Shown here: in pieces, positions 11,117 to 23,318 of the stretch
Layout: every line of letters begins with the position of its first letter
Position numbering within the stretch: position 1 is the first letter of the stretch
Program-made: the position numbers and the translations under genes
Assembly (NCBI GenBank): GCA_965112155.1
Contig: OZ218102.1
Source of the DNA: Podarcis liolepis
Taxonomy: Eukaryota
Direction: 5' to 3' (one strand)
Length of the DNA: 64,000 nucleotides
The notes under the pieces: model-generated
Told to the model about the DNA's origin: nothing
Databases searched by the model: none
Seen by the model: the letters and a program-made list of their open reading frames with translations, nothing else

Positions 11117-11873
11117 GTAAATGGGAGCGGGGCAACGTCGGTAGACCTTCCTCCGGGGAGCTCGGAGGGAGCGGGGAGCGGCGAGGCCCGGATCCTGACG
11201 GGCTGAGGACGATTACCGGCGAGGGACGGGGGTGGACCGGGGCGAGTACGAGGAAGCGGGGAAGCTAAAGCCCCGGGGCCAGTGGGGTGTATGCAATGCA
11301 GGGCTTAGGACTGCCGGCTGCGGTCCACGAAAGCCTGTGCCACAATAAATTTGGTTACAACACTCTATTGTCCCATGTCTTCTCCGAAATAAGACTCATT
11401 GGTTCCAGTGGGACTTGCTTCCAAGGTAAAGGGGTCTAGGAGCGATCCAATGCATATTTACTCAGAAGTGAATCCTACTGTGATCAGTTTGGGCTTGTTT
11501 CCAGGTGAGTGTGAGTTGGGCTGTCACCTTCACATTAAGGCTGCTTTAGTACGTACAGCCCAAGGGCTCGCCTGAGGAGGCGGCCCTTCTTGTGCTTACC
11601 TGGGAAGCAGCCCCAGTGAGGTGTCCTGGGAACTTGTCGAAGGGTGGGGGAATAAATCTCTTAAAATAACAATTAAAACTGAACTTAACTAAGAGTAAAT
11701 TTGCAAAGGGTTGGGCCTTAGTCATTTACGCTTGGGTCAGTCCCATTGAAATCTGTCTGCTGTCCCATAAGATCAAGCTGCATGATTTAGGGTGGCAGTC
11801 TGTGAATGCCAGAATGCCACAGATGCTGTGGTCTAGACTTTTGGCTTCTCCAGCTAAGTCTTGGGGTAGCTGA

Positions 11874-12059
<186 letters not shown>

Positions 12060-12319
12060 TAGGAGTTTAAAATTGGTCATAACAGGGGCTTGGCCTATTA
12101 ATAGTACAGGTTGATGAGAAGTAGGAGCTTGCATCTGACAGTTGCTACACATAGCACAGGTCCGGGTTTCATGTTGATCAGAGCAAAGGGAAGTTCCCAG
12201 TCAAAAATGCCTTTAGTTATAGCGCAGCTTCGAATTAGACCACTTGTGACTCATTCATTTCATCCTCCCTCTCAATTTGGTAATTATTTCCAACATAGGA
12301 GAAGTAGAATAGAATTGTA

Positions 12320-12545
12320 CAGTGGTACCAGAACTTAATTTGTTTTGGAGGTCCGTTCTTAACCTGAAACTGTTCTTAACCTGAGGTACCACTTTAGCTA
12401 ATGGGGCCTCCTGCTGCCACCGCACCACAATTTCTGTTCTCATCCTGAAGCAAAGTTCTTAACCTGAGGTACTATTTCTGGGTTAGCGGAGTCTGTAACC
12501 TGAAGCGTCTGTAACCTGAAGCGTCTGTAACCCGAGGTACCACTG
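12320..12545. mobile_element. Tc1/mariner-type MITE, left arm internally deleted
   Basis: TA|cagtggtacc ... gaggtaccactg|TA; internal (t)taacctga repeats. Confidence 0.85.
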
Positions 12546-13210
12546 TACTTTGAGTTAGGAAGCAAATTCATACTTGACAGGACCACAGGAAAGAATACTC
12601 TTCTAGAATGAGCTTGCATGTTACATATAAGCAGTGATGCAAGTAGGAAATTTTCCCAATACTACATTTATCCTTGGACATTTGTTTGTTTCTAAAACTG
12701 CATTATTCCATAAAATTCAGCAGTAACATGCATTAAGCATGTATGTCTGAGCCAGAAAAGACTGTGAGTATATTTCCATGAAAGTTGAAGGCCTGATTGT
12801 TTTGACCTTGCCCCTGAGGCCTCATGATCACACATCTCCCAACATCTGCATATTGAGTGTGAACATCTGAGCTGGGTAAGGCCACATATATAGATTTCTA
12901 TAGGAGCTGAAACTCTGAGCATGATAGCCCCACCCTCAAGTTATGCGGTTCCCCATACCCATGTGGATCTCATGGGTGGGGAACTGTGCATGGCTCTGCT
13001 GCCCCTTTCAGCATGCGGGGCATAACTGAGGATAAATTAAAACTTAAAGTATAAATAACCCACCATTGTTAAATCAGCTTCAATTGGTTTTTAGCATTGG
13101 GAAATTTTCTTATTTCAGTTTTTTCCAGAAAACCTACACCATGCCTAGTGCAGTTTCTTGTTAATCATGTCTTACTCCTATATCAAAATTCTCAGTCATG
13201 CAACATCTGA

Positions 13211-13483
<273 letters not shown>

Positions 13484-14413
13484 TGAAATTGCTACGGGTC
13501 TCATTTTCCTAGGTTACCTGTTCTGAATTCTGAGACTACAGTTTGGCTTCTTAAGATGAGTAGTAATGCTTCCATTGCAAAGTAACATAATGTAGCTCAT
13601 CTTAGCTTTGGAACAGAGAAAGAGGTGATGCATGGTTTCTGTTTCCTTGGGGATGTATCCGGGTTGGGAACCCTTATGTAGTACTCTGTTAGGTGACTTT
13701 ACTTCCAGACTCACTGGAGAACATATGCCTATGACATTAGTGCTGGTATAAACTTGTAAAGCTGTCTCACACCAAGTCAGACTATTGCTCCATCAATATT
13801 ACCTGACTGGCAGCAACTACTTACTGAATTAGGAATGTTTCCAAGTGCTACTGTTTAAAATAATTTAACCAAAGGTGCCAGATCCTAAAACTTTCTGCAT
13901 GCAAGGCATGTGCTGTCCCACTATTCTATGGCCCTTCCTTAAGATAAATAGCTCTCTCCATAGAATGACCAAGGGAAATTCATGATCTCACCACCAGAAT
14001 GGGGTAACCAATGTTCCTTGTGGAACAGGCTCATGATACCTCTACCAGAGACCACATTGTTCCTCATCTATGAGACCTTTGTTACTTTAACCTGTTTTCT
14101 TTCCTTCTGGCTTAAATCTAATACAGCTTTCTTCCTCCCCGTTCCTCCACATCAGTTTCATTTGTGTATTCCGAAGAAGCCTCTGACTGCTTGGAAATTA
14201 TATAAATGACTTACAGACTTAGAGAATTCCTGATACATTTGAAGAACTATAAGTGAGGGTGGGGGGTGACTTCAAAGAAACTCCATCCTCAGTACTGCTA
14301 TGTGGGTCCACATAACTAGACCAAGCACCTGAATGTGCAAAGCCAAAAACTCCCCACTGCTATCTATTCCATCTGAGTGATGCCAGGATAACTGAAATGT
14401 GCCTTTTCTCTAG

Positions 14414-14569
<156 letters not shown>

Positions 14570-17276
14570 TGAGGTGGGGTGAAGCTGAGTGGGGGGCTGC
14601 AGATTTTGATAAAGCCCAGGATCTGGAGAAAACTTATTGCCAAGTTTCATCACTTCTCCTCTTCCTACTTGACAATAGCATTACAAACAGAAGCAAATGC
14701 ATTTCTCAATCCCAATTTTTGATGAAGAAGTCGGGGGGGGGGGGACATTGATTTTCCCTTCCGTTCTCTAACCTATTTATTGTGCAATCCCTGAAAATTA
14801 CCTAGAGGTGGTGCTGTTGGCAAAGAGCTGCTTTGCTGTCTTTGGCCAGTTATGTTTTTAAGTTAAAGTTCTTCTGAGGGCAAAGAATACTATTAATCAG
14901 TGACAGTAAAGGGCCATGGATATGGTTGAGACTTGTCGAACACTTCACAATGAAGGCCAGGCTACATTGACCCTGTAGGCCTTCCACTTAGCATCTTTGC
15001 TATCTGACTGCAATTGGCAGGTGCAAGATCAAGTTCTTGCTGCTCAATGGCCTCCTCTTGATAGGTATGGAGATGCTTAAGTACTTCTTGATTTAAGCAG
15101 CCCTTGACTAGCCTCGACTTTCTGCAGAAACGCATGGTGCATCTCATAACACAGGTATTCAGGGTCAACCAACAAAGTTGATTACCAGTAGATTGAGGCC
15201 ACACAAAAGAGGGGACTTATTCACCCTCATAAAACAGAATGGGCCGATGATCACTGGCTTTGATGGCTTTAAAGGAAACATGACAAATTGATAGGGGATT
15301 TACCTATCATTGGCTACTAGGTATGATAGTTAAATGGTATCTCTACGTCCAAAAGCATAGCATCTCTGAATACCAACAGTAGAGAGCCGTTTTATTCATG
15401 TTTTGCTTGTGGGCTACTGGTTAGCAGGCCTGTGCAGAAGAGGAGAAGAAGGGAGATAATTTTGGTTTTCACAACTGCGAGATTACCAAGAAGGGAAAGA
15501 TGAGGTACATCTAGGTACATTAGATATACCTGGAGTAAACTGCTCTTAACTGTGTGGAGGATCAAATCCCCAGGATCTCCTCTTCAATAAGCAAGACATG
15601 TATTGTGAAAGGCAAAAGTGTTTGGTTGGCATCCACATCTTGAACTCAAAAGGTGACACATAAGGAGGAGTGTCTCCTGCCCTGTAAGCCTCTCTGTAGT
15701 TTAAGATTTACAGGAGAGGGCTTGCTCTCTTTTGTAGCACCTCCCTTATGGAACTCCCTTTCCAGCAAGGCCTGCCCAGCTGCAGTCCCCACCCCTGCTA
15801 CTCAGAATGCCGGTGAAGTCCTTTTTCAATAAGCTTCTGGGACTACAGATGGCTGCTAATATGGTGAATAGTGGTGGTGTGGGGATAAAATAATCTGAAT
15901 TCAGGTTTCCTGCCCTTATTGCTAGTGGTATATTATTTAGAGAGGAGCAGAGATGCTGTGTGTGTTTGATCTTCTTTACAATTGTTGTACTCTTAGTGCT
16001 TTTACCAAAATCAGGCTTTTGTTTAGGCTAAATATAAACTCCTAAAAACCATGTCAATTCTTGTGGCTGGGTAAACAAGTCCATGCCTGCACTTAGGAGT
16101 CCAAAGAGACTACAGTTAGGGATATCTTTATGCCTCCAACAGCTGCATGGCAGGCAGAAGTTAAACGGATGAAATCTCCACGCAGGGAGATGCACTGAGG
16201 GAGAAAACTAAACCTATTGAACATTGACTATGCAGCTGTTGACAGCACAGGAGCCCTGCCAGAACACACAGCTGCCCCGAGGGACCTTAAAAAAGAAAAT
16301 ATTGCCATCCGCTCCAACTCATTCATTGTTGGCCCCTCTAGCCACAGCAAAAGGCTGCTCAAGTGGGATTTGCTCTAGCCCTCTTGCTGTAAAACAAATC
16401 CATTAAAGCAAACTTTCCAAACAAACAGGCAAAGCCTCTTCAGCCACAGCAGATTCAATTATTGCAGGGCAAGGTAGCAGTTAACATTACACTAGAAGGG
16501 GGCAAAGCAGCAGATCTGTTTTCCTTTGATCTCTCACAGATTTTAGTTGGAGACCATACCAGGTATTATTTTTCCCACTACTTCAGTCCTGGGGAAGGCT
16601 GGGGGGCAAAGTTGGTGTTCCCAGTGCGGGCTCCTTAGGCTCTTTGAAACACTGGGCTTTTTCTGGGACCTGCTTTTTTATTGTCTCAATCAGTAAGAAG
16701 TTAACACTTCCTTAACATGTCTTTGTGTTCAACTAATCTTTGCAGTTTAACCTTTGACACCCCTATTATTATCCATGTCTGCCACCTTTCCCAAATTTAC
16801 GCAGAAGGCTCCAAGCCCTGCGGTAACATTCCTTGCTAGCAGGCAAAGCATCCAAGGCTGGTTGTCCTTTGTATGCATTTTCGCTAAGGCTTGGAAAATA
16901 AAGGGTTCATGTTTTGTGCAGCAGTAGTTCAAGCAGCCGACCTCTAAGGAGAACGGGCTTAATGGAGAAGGATTGCTTATGGGCCTGACACCAGGGAATA
17001 AATTCTCCCATTCAGTTTGGGGCACCAGAAACATGTCCATGCGATGGAGGGAATTTCACAAGGGAAGAGTAACAAAAGGGCTAAATGGTAGTTGTGCAGA
17101 GGGTGGGGTAGGGGGGAGATAAGAATAATGTATGAACCAGTACAGATTCAAGGTAATTGAAAATAAACAGCCCTTCAAACTGTTATGGTTCTCTCCCACC
17201 TTACCCAGCACTCTGCAGCCATATTTGGAAAACACAGCTTTCACAAGATTAAGAAATCTTGAGTCAGTTGGTGTTA

Positions 17277-17500
17277 CAGTGGTACCTTGGTTTTTGAATG
17301 TCTCGGAAGTCGAACGTTTTGGTTTTCGAGTGTCGAAAACCCGGAAGTAAATGCTTCCATTTTCGAACGCATCTTGGAAATCGAAATTCAGTTTTCTCTA
17401 TTGAATTTGCAGACCACCCTTTGCGCCTCGGGTTTTCAAACATTTTGGAAGTCGAACGGTCTTCCAGAACACATTATGTTCGAAAACCGAGGTACCACTG
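17277..17500. mobile_element. Tc1/mariner-type MITE
   Basis: TA|cagtggtaccttggttttt ... aaaaccgaggtaccactg|TA. Confidence 0.9.
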
Positions 17501-18245
17501 TATTCATATTGACTTATTAATAAAAATAAAATTCATTAATAGAGCTAGTCCAACTTTAGCTGGGGTGTGGGACAGAATGGTGTAGCCACCACTGCACCCA
17601 CTCACGCTGGCAGGAATGGAACGCGGGGCACACAGGCAAACCTATGTGGCAAACGCTGCACTATGCTAGTCTGGGGTTGGTGTAGCAACTGGACCCATAT
17701 CTGGACCAGTGCCATCAACTAACAGCAGTGGTGCTGACTCGGCTGTACCCCTTCCTGCTCACACCTTTGGTAGGAGGATCTAGAAGCTGCACACTGGAGG
17801 AGTGGAGCTGCTGGAGCTGTTTGGGACTGGGCAGAGGGAGACCTGCACAGCAAATCAGGGAGATAGTTTGCAGCCTAAATGTGCACATGAGAAAATAAAT
17901 CTAAGGGGAAAACAAGCACACTTCATTTTTGAATGATGCTGTGTTGTAGTAGATATCATCTGTGGAATCCCTCCTCTCTCATAGCAGGTGGGATATCTTA
18001 AAATGGTGCTTGCCATTGCAATTTATATGTACTTGCATTAAAAAAAACTATAGTCCCAGCAACCAGGGACATCTTCAGAATCAATCAAAATGTGTGCTTT
18101 TAAAATTGATTAAACATGCAGCCATGTTGGGAGAGTGATCAATGTTAAATATTGAAACTGTTTCTAGTCAAAATAGAAGTATGAATGCATTTCTGTTTCT
18201 CTAACTTGGAGATTAGGTTTTATGTATAGGATTACATCATAATGA

Positions 18246-18455
<210 letters not shown>

Positions 18456-18977
18456 TAACTCAAAACTTTTCCTGGCCTTCCTTTTGGTATCACCACCTCT
18501 GTGAAAACTGGGGAAACAAATAGAAAAATAGGCCCATAAGTACAATGGAAAATTACAAAATTAGGAGCTAATAAGTCTCTTGAGGCTTAGCAGGAAAAAT
18601 CCTAATTACTATTTCTGTTTCTGCTTCAGAGTTTAGAATGCCATAGGATTTACACATTTCCTCCTCTCCCATGAGTAACCATCTTTTTCTTATGGCTGTA
18701 ATGTTTAGTGTAGCTATTCAAAACTGCTTGGGTATATGAAGTAGAATGTAATAGCCAGCAAAGTTAAGTGCATAGTTTGCCAGGGGAGGCTGTACAGTCC
18801 AGTAGTCTAACCAGGGTTAAGTTCCAATATGAGATAACATGCATTAAATCAGATGCATTTGAGATACAGTTTTATGCTATATTTCCTCTGTAAATTCTTA
18901 TGCTCAGTGTTATTGAATTTGGGGGTGACTGCAAAGACTTCGCAAGTGTGAGAATTTCCAAGGGCTTGCAACCATGA

Positions 18978-19139
<162 letters not shown>

Positions 19140-19186
19140 CCAGCAGTTGCAGAATCTCATCTGTATATATTTTACTACTTTTATTT

Positions 19187-19192
19187 AATAAA
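19187..19192 (+). terminator. Candidate proximal DPCD poly(A) signal
   Basis: AATAAA 48 bp after the stop, TGTA and U-rich sequence upstream. Confidence 0.5.
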
Positions 19193-19388
19193 GGAGATGA
19201 TTGGAGACAAACTTTTTGGGGAAGGACTTAAGTTACCTGAGTTTGTAGATTCTGAAAGAGCTTTCTCGCAAAACTTTTAGAGCTCCCCATCAGCCTGCTG
19301 GTGTCCAGCACAGGTGAGAAGCACCAGTCTCTTAGGAGTTGACGTCTTTGTATGTGTGCTAATTACAATTCTCGGGGAGCCAAAACTC

Positions 19389-19737
19389 CCATATTGGCCT
19401 GAATATAAGCCGCACCTTTGAAATTGGAGGGGAGGAAGAAAAAAAGAAAAAAATGCCCAAATATCAGCTGCTCCATTCCTCGTTGCTGCTGGCTGCATAC
19501 TGGAGGGGGGGGGGAGCCGTGCTGCGTTGCCGGTGGCCTTTTCCCTTCCTTCCTCCCTCTCTCCCTTCCCAGCCTTGGGGGACTACATATGGGGCGGGCA
19601 CCACTATGCTGCACTCCTGGCGCTGTTTGCCTCACACTCCTGGCTGCATACTGTAAGGTCGTGAATATAAGCTGCGCTTTCACTTTTCACAGTCAAAATT
19701 TGGGGGGGAAGTGAGGCTTATACTCAGGCCAATATGG
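19389..19737. mobile_element. Tc1/mariner-superfamily non-autonomous element
   Basis: 27 bp TIRs ccatattggcctgaatataagccgcac / gtgaggcttatactcaggccaatatgg followed by TA. Confidence 0.8.
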
Positions 19738-20124
19738 TATATGCATCCTCTATAGCACTATGAATTACTTTAAAGGTACTAAAAACTTGTGTCTTTGTCT
19801 TCAAGAATATGGCAGGAGAGAGGTCCCAGAAAAAAGATGAGTACCATTACTTCTCCTACTGCATGCAATAGCATTTAAAGTTGATATAAAGGGAAGTGCA
19901 AGAACCAAGTAAGCATATCTTACATAGTTTCCAGCTGACAGTGTCAGCTGCCCGCAGTTGCCCCTCAAACTGAACACCCAACCTGTTTCAAACAGAGCAT
20001 AAAGGATTTTTTCCCACTGCCTTTGCCCTGGAACGTGTATATTCTGAGCTCTCAATACTTTGACCTCTCTCAGTATATCATTTATGCCAGTTTGTACCAC
20101 TATTGAAGGTATCAATTTCATTTT

Positions 20125-20130
20125 AATAAA
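20125..20130 (+). terminator. Candidate distal DPCD poly(A) signal
   Basis: AATAAA with upstream TGTA (about 20093) and downstream U/GU-rich tract. Confidence 0.5.
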
Positions 20131-20884
20131 AGCAAATGTTCAAATTTCTATCTATGCTGGTTTCTCAATCCCGTATACGTAGAAGAATAACCTGATCTTG
20201 TAACAATATCTGTCCATTCTTCTATGAAAACTATATCCCTCCCAGCCTGATCCCAATTTTATATGTGAATACTGGCTAGAATTTTTTAATTAAACAACAT
20301 AGGCCAGGCACACAACAGGCAAAAGGTAGATGATTATCTTTAAGCTGCAGGTTCACAAACCTTAAAAGCACAGCCTTTCCTAGTTTCCATAGAACTCTGC
20401 TATACTAATGGCAAATAGAACCAACAAGGTTACTTGCAACAAAATGTTATAGTCTGTAGAGCTGCTGTTCAGTGGTCCAGCCATTTCCCCCTCATTGGAC
20501 ATTCAGTATTCTTTGTTTGGCTAGGCATGCTCAGTCCTCAATGAGTTGCTGCTGGGGGCTGCCCTATAAATTTTTGTATTCCTGAAGATCTTTTAACCTT
20601 TGGGTTCTCTCCTAAGCATGCTGATTTCTCAGTGTCGCTCACTGAATTTGTTAGGACTGTATATCTTAATGGAAGGCTGGAGATAGGATGATCAAGGAAC
20701 GTGTCACAAACACAGATGTTTGTTGGGAGTGGCTGACGGGCTAGGGTACTTGGCTACTTTCCCCCTGTTGTGTCCTACTCTTAGAAGTAACCAGGAATGG
20801 ATGTTGCACAAAGTTCTCGGAGAAAAACATCCTAGTAGATTGTGGTCAATCGCAGGCAAGTAATGTCCCCTTAATGGACTGCAG

Positions 20885-21118
20885 GCGCTAGGTCCCTTTG
20901 TTGGCGCCGCAGCAGCAGTGACTGTTGCGGGAAAGCGAAATTAATGTTAGCTGTATCACAGTGTGTGATATGCACCTTTTTAATGATTTCCCCCCCGATT
21001 GTCTTTTTTCCTCCCCCCTCAAAAAAAAAGCTCAACACCTCATTGACAATGGGTAGATCATTGCCAGTTATTTTATACTGGGAGTAGATCGCAGTCTCTT
21101 GGGAGTTGGATGTGCCTG
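20885..21118. mobile_element. hAT-like non-autonomous element, one end only
   Basis: aaaaaagctcaac motif shared with 38266-38279, gtagatc subterminal repeats, ends ttggatgtgcctg. Confidence 0.5.
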
Positions 21119-21159
21119 ATGTAGTTCATTGTTTCAAAAGTTACAGCTGTAGAAATAAC

Positions 21160-21277
21160 TTTATTTTTAGGTAAGCAAATCAATCCATTTGATCCTAGGA
21201 ATCTATTCAAATTATACAGCTATTAGTCAGTCACTGGTTTTGAACTCACATTCATTCTTCCCATTGTAAAATTTATT
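21160..21277 (-). terminator. Candidate FBXW4 poly(A) signals (AATAAA at 21277-21272 and 21165-21160)
   Basis: tttatt twice on plus strand, 500-620 bp past the FBXW4 stop. Confidence 0.45.
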
Positions 21278-21781
21278 TAGCACACTGACCTGACAACACC
21301 TTTCTAGTGCAGCACTCCTTGTATGCAGCCAGTTAAAAATTGGTACAATTTGCACAGAGTAATCTAAGGCTTTGGTCTTATAGCCCAGTGTCCATTTATG
21401 TGGCAGTGATGAGAGTCAGTGAAGTAAGCAGCTAGTCCCATCCTCCTAAACTAAATCCAAAACATGAAGAATGGTTGGCTTGCAGCATTCAGAGGCCCAA
21501 ACAGAATCTATGCTGATAGCAAAAGAGAATGCACAAGTTGCCAAGCTGAATAATGCCTTCAAATAAATTAAAATGCAACACAGAACCCCAAAATGTGCAA
21601 AATAAAATGAGGCAAGGAGACATTAGCCTTTAATGGAACCAGAAGGCAGGTGAGCATTCCTTCCTTGGGTTTCCCCATAGCACTTAGTGTGAGTTTCAGG
21701 CTGCTTGTTCTGTCAAGGTAATCATTTCCTTTTCGTGCTCCCTGAGCTGGGTATTATATCTGCAGTCCAAGCCAATCTCCA

Positions 21782-21898
21782 TCAGGAGGTAGTAAAATCA
21801 AGGGCATACAGGGCAGATGCCAGGGTGGCATAGAGATGAGTGGTGCTGAAGCGCAGGCAATACACAGGACTGCTGGTGGGTGATGACAAGTAGAAGCT
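21782..21898 (-). CDS. FBXW4: FBXW4 (dactylin) last coding exon
   Basis: SFYLSSPTSSPVYCLRFSTTHLYATLASALYALDFTTS*; tttacag acceptor. Confidence 0.95.
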   Translation of the reverse strand, partial: SFYLSSPTSSPVYCLRFSTTHLYATLASALYALDFTTS

Positions 21899-22873
21899 CT
21901 GTAAAGAAAAAAGATAAAAGATCCTCCTAGATAGGTGATTTCTGTTATTCAGGAATGAGAGCCAGTGATAAAATGGCAATCATCCAGCACCCACAAAATT
22001 CCATTGCACCCTGTAAATCTGCATCTGCATCATAGCAAGAAGATAACAGAACTGAGATGAAGCAACAGTGAGGGCACTGCCAATTGTCTTTCTGAATGAG
22101 ACCAGCTCAAAGTGGCAGCAATAGCTTGAGAAATCGCCACTACACACATATATTCCTACTGACATCTTTGGAGTTTGACTGAACCCCAAGCTGTTGTATC
22201 AGATCCCCATAGGCAATTCCTTGCTCTCCCAGTTAATTTGCATTCATTTATTTAGAACACTTCTTGATTGCCCAATCAACAAAGTCCCCTGGGCAGTTCA
22301 CACAGAGTTCAAACAATGAAAACTTTAAAATTATTGAAACATTAAAAATGAATCAGTTCAGTTTCCTGCCTAAAAACCAGCACAAAACAGCATGTCAGCA
22401 TTTAAAACCTGTACCTGGTCTCATGAAGTCATAAACACAATTCCTTGTCCTAGTACTATGACAATATGGAGCAGCTGGCAGGCTTGTTTTGGTCCTGTAA
22501 GAACATCTGTATCCCACCCTTTTGGAGCTCAAGGTGACAAACACAATTCCCGTCCCCCAGCCAAAAATTAGTGTGTAGCAGGCTTGTGCCCCAGGGAGGT
22601 CACTTTGGTGCTGCTAATGCAATGGTTGGACTTCACCCCCGAAGGCACACTCCACTGTGTCTCGAGACAGATGGATGCCAACCAACCAGCAATGAACAAG
22701 TTACTAAGCTTCATGGCTGAGTGGGTATTTGAACTCCCATCTATTACTGTTTACGTAAAGCAATCAGGAATGAGCAGAAGTGACCCACATCTCCACACCC
22801 TTAGTCCCTGTACAGGAAACTTGATATAGTTCCCCTTTTACCAACTTTTGGAAACATAATGGTGATTACTTAC

Positions 22874-23015
22874 CTGTAAGCACCTGGTTTGTCGCTTATC
22901 CCAAAGACGGACCACGCCATAATAAGAAGATCCACTTGCAATCATGTGATTCCCATTGCTCCTAATGCAGTATAGGGCACTGTCGTGAGGCTCTTCCCAT
23001 TGTTTGACACATTCC
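22874..23015 (-). CDS. FBXW4: FBXW4 penultimate exon (WD40)
   Basis: ECVKQWEEPHDSALYCIRSNGNHMIASGSSYYGVVRLWDKRQTRCLQ; 142 bp; gtaagt donor. Confidence 0.96.
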
Positions 23016-23177
23016 CTTTTGGGGAGAAAAATGTCACAAAAGACCTTTAGAGCATTCTTTTCCACATACTGGATCACCCGTCCTTATGGGTAGCCTGGAA
23101 TGTCAGAGCAAGACACCCAGGAAATTAGCAACCAAAGTTTTTCCAACCAGCTTTGATAAATAGGCTGCAAGACTGAC

Positions 23178-23318
23178 CTTGTGCTCGTCCGTAAATCCCA
23201 GTATCGGATATAGGTATCATACCCACAAGACAGCAAGGTGGAAGGTGTTTCATAGAAAACATCCAGGACTCCAGCTCCTCGATGGAAGTCTGTCCCAAGG
23301 CAGGAAACTAGTTGCCCA
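23178..23318 (-). CDS. FBXW4: FBXW4 third-last exon (WD40)
   Basis: GQLVSCLGTDFHRGAGVLDVFYETPSTLLSCGYDTYIRYWDLRTSTR; 141 bp; gtcagt donor. Confidence 0.96.

Larger units (their letters stand above)
10690..11280. promoter_or_regulatory. CpG-island bidirectional promoter shared by POLL and DPCD
   Basis: Dense CpG, GC boxes (gggcggggc about 10799, ggggcgggg about 10870), ETS CCGGAAGTG 11008-11016, X-box GTTGCCCTGGCAAT 11024-11037; divergent genes. Confidence 0.9.
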
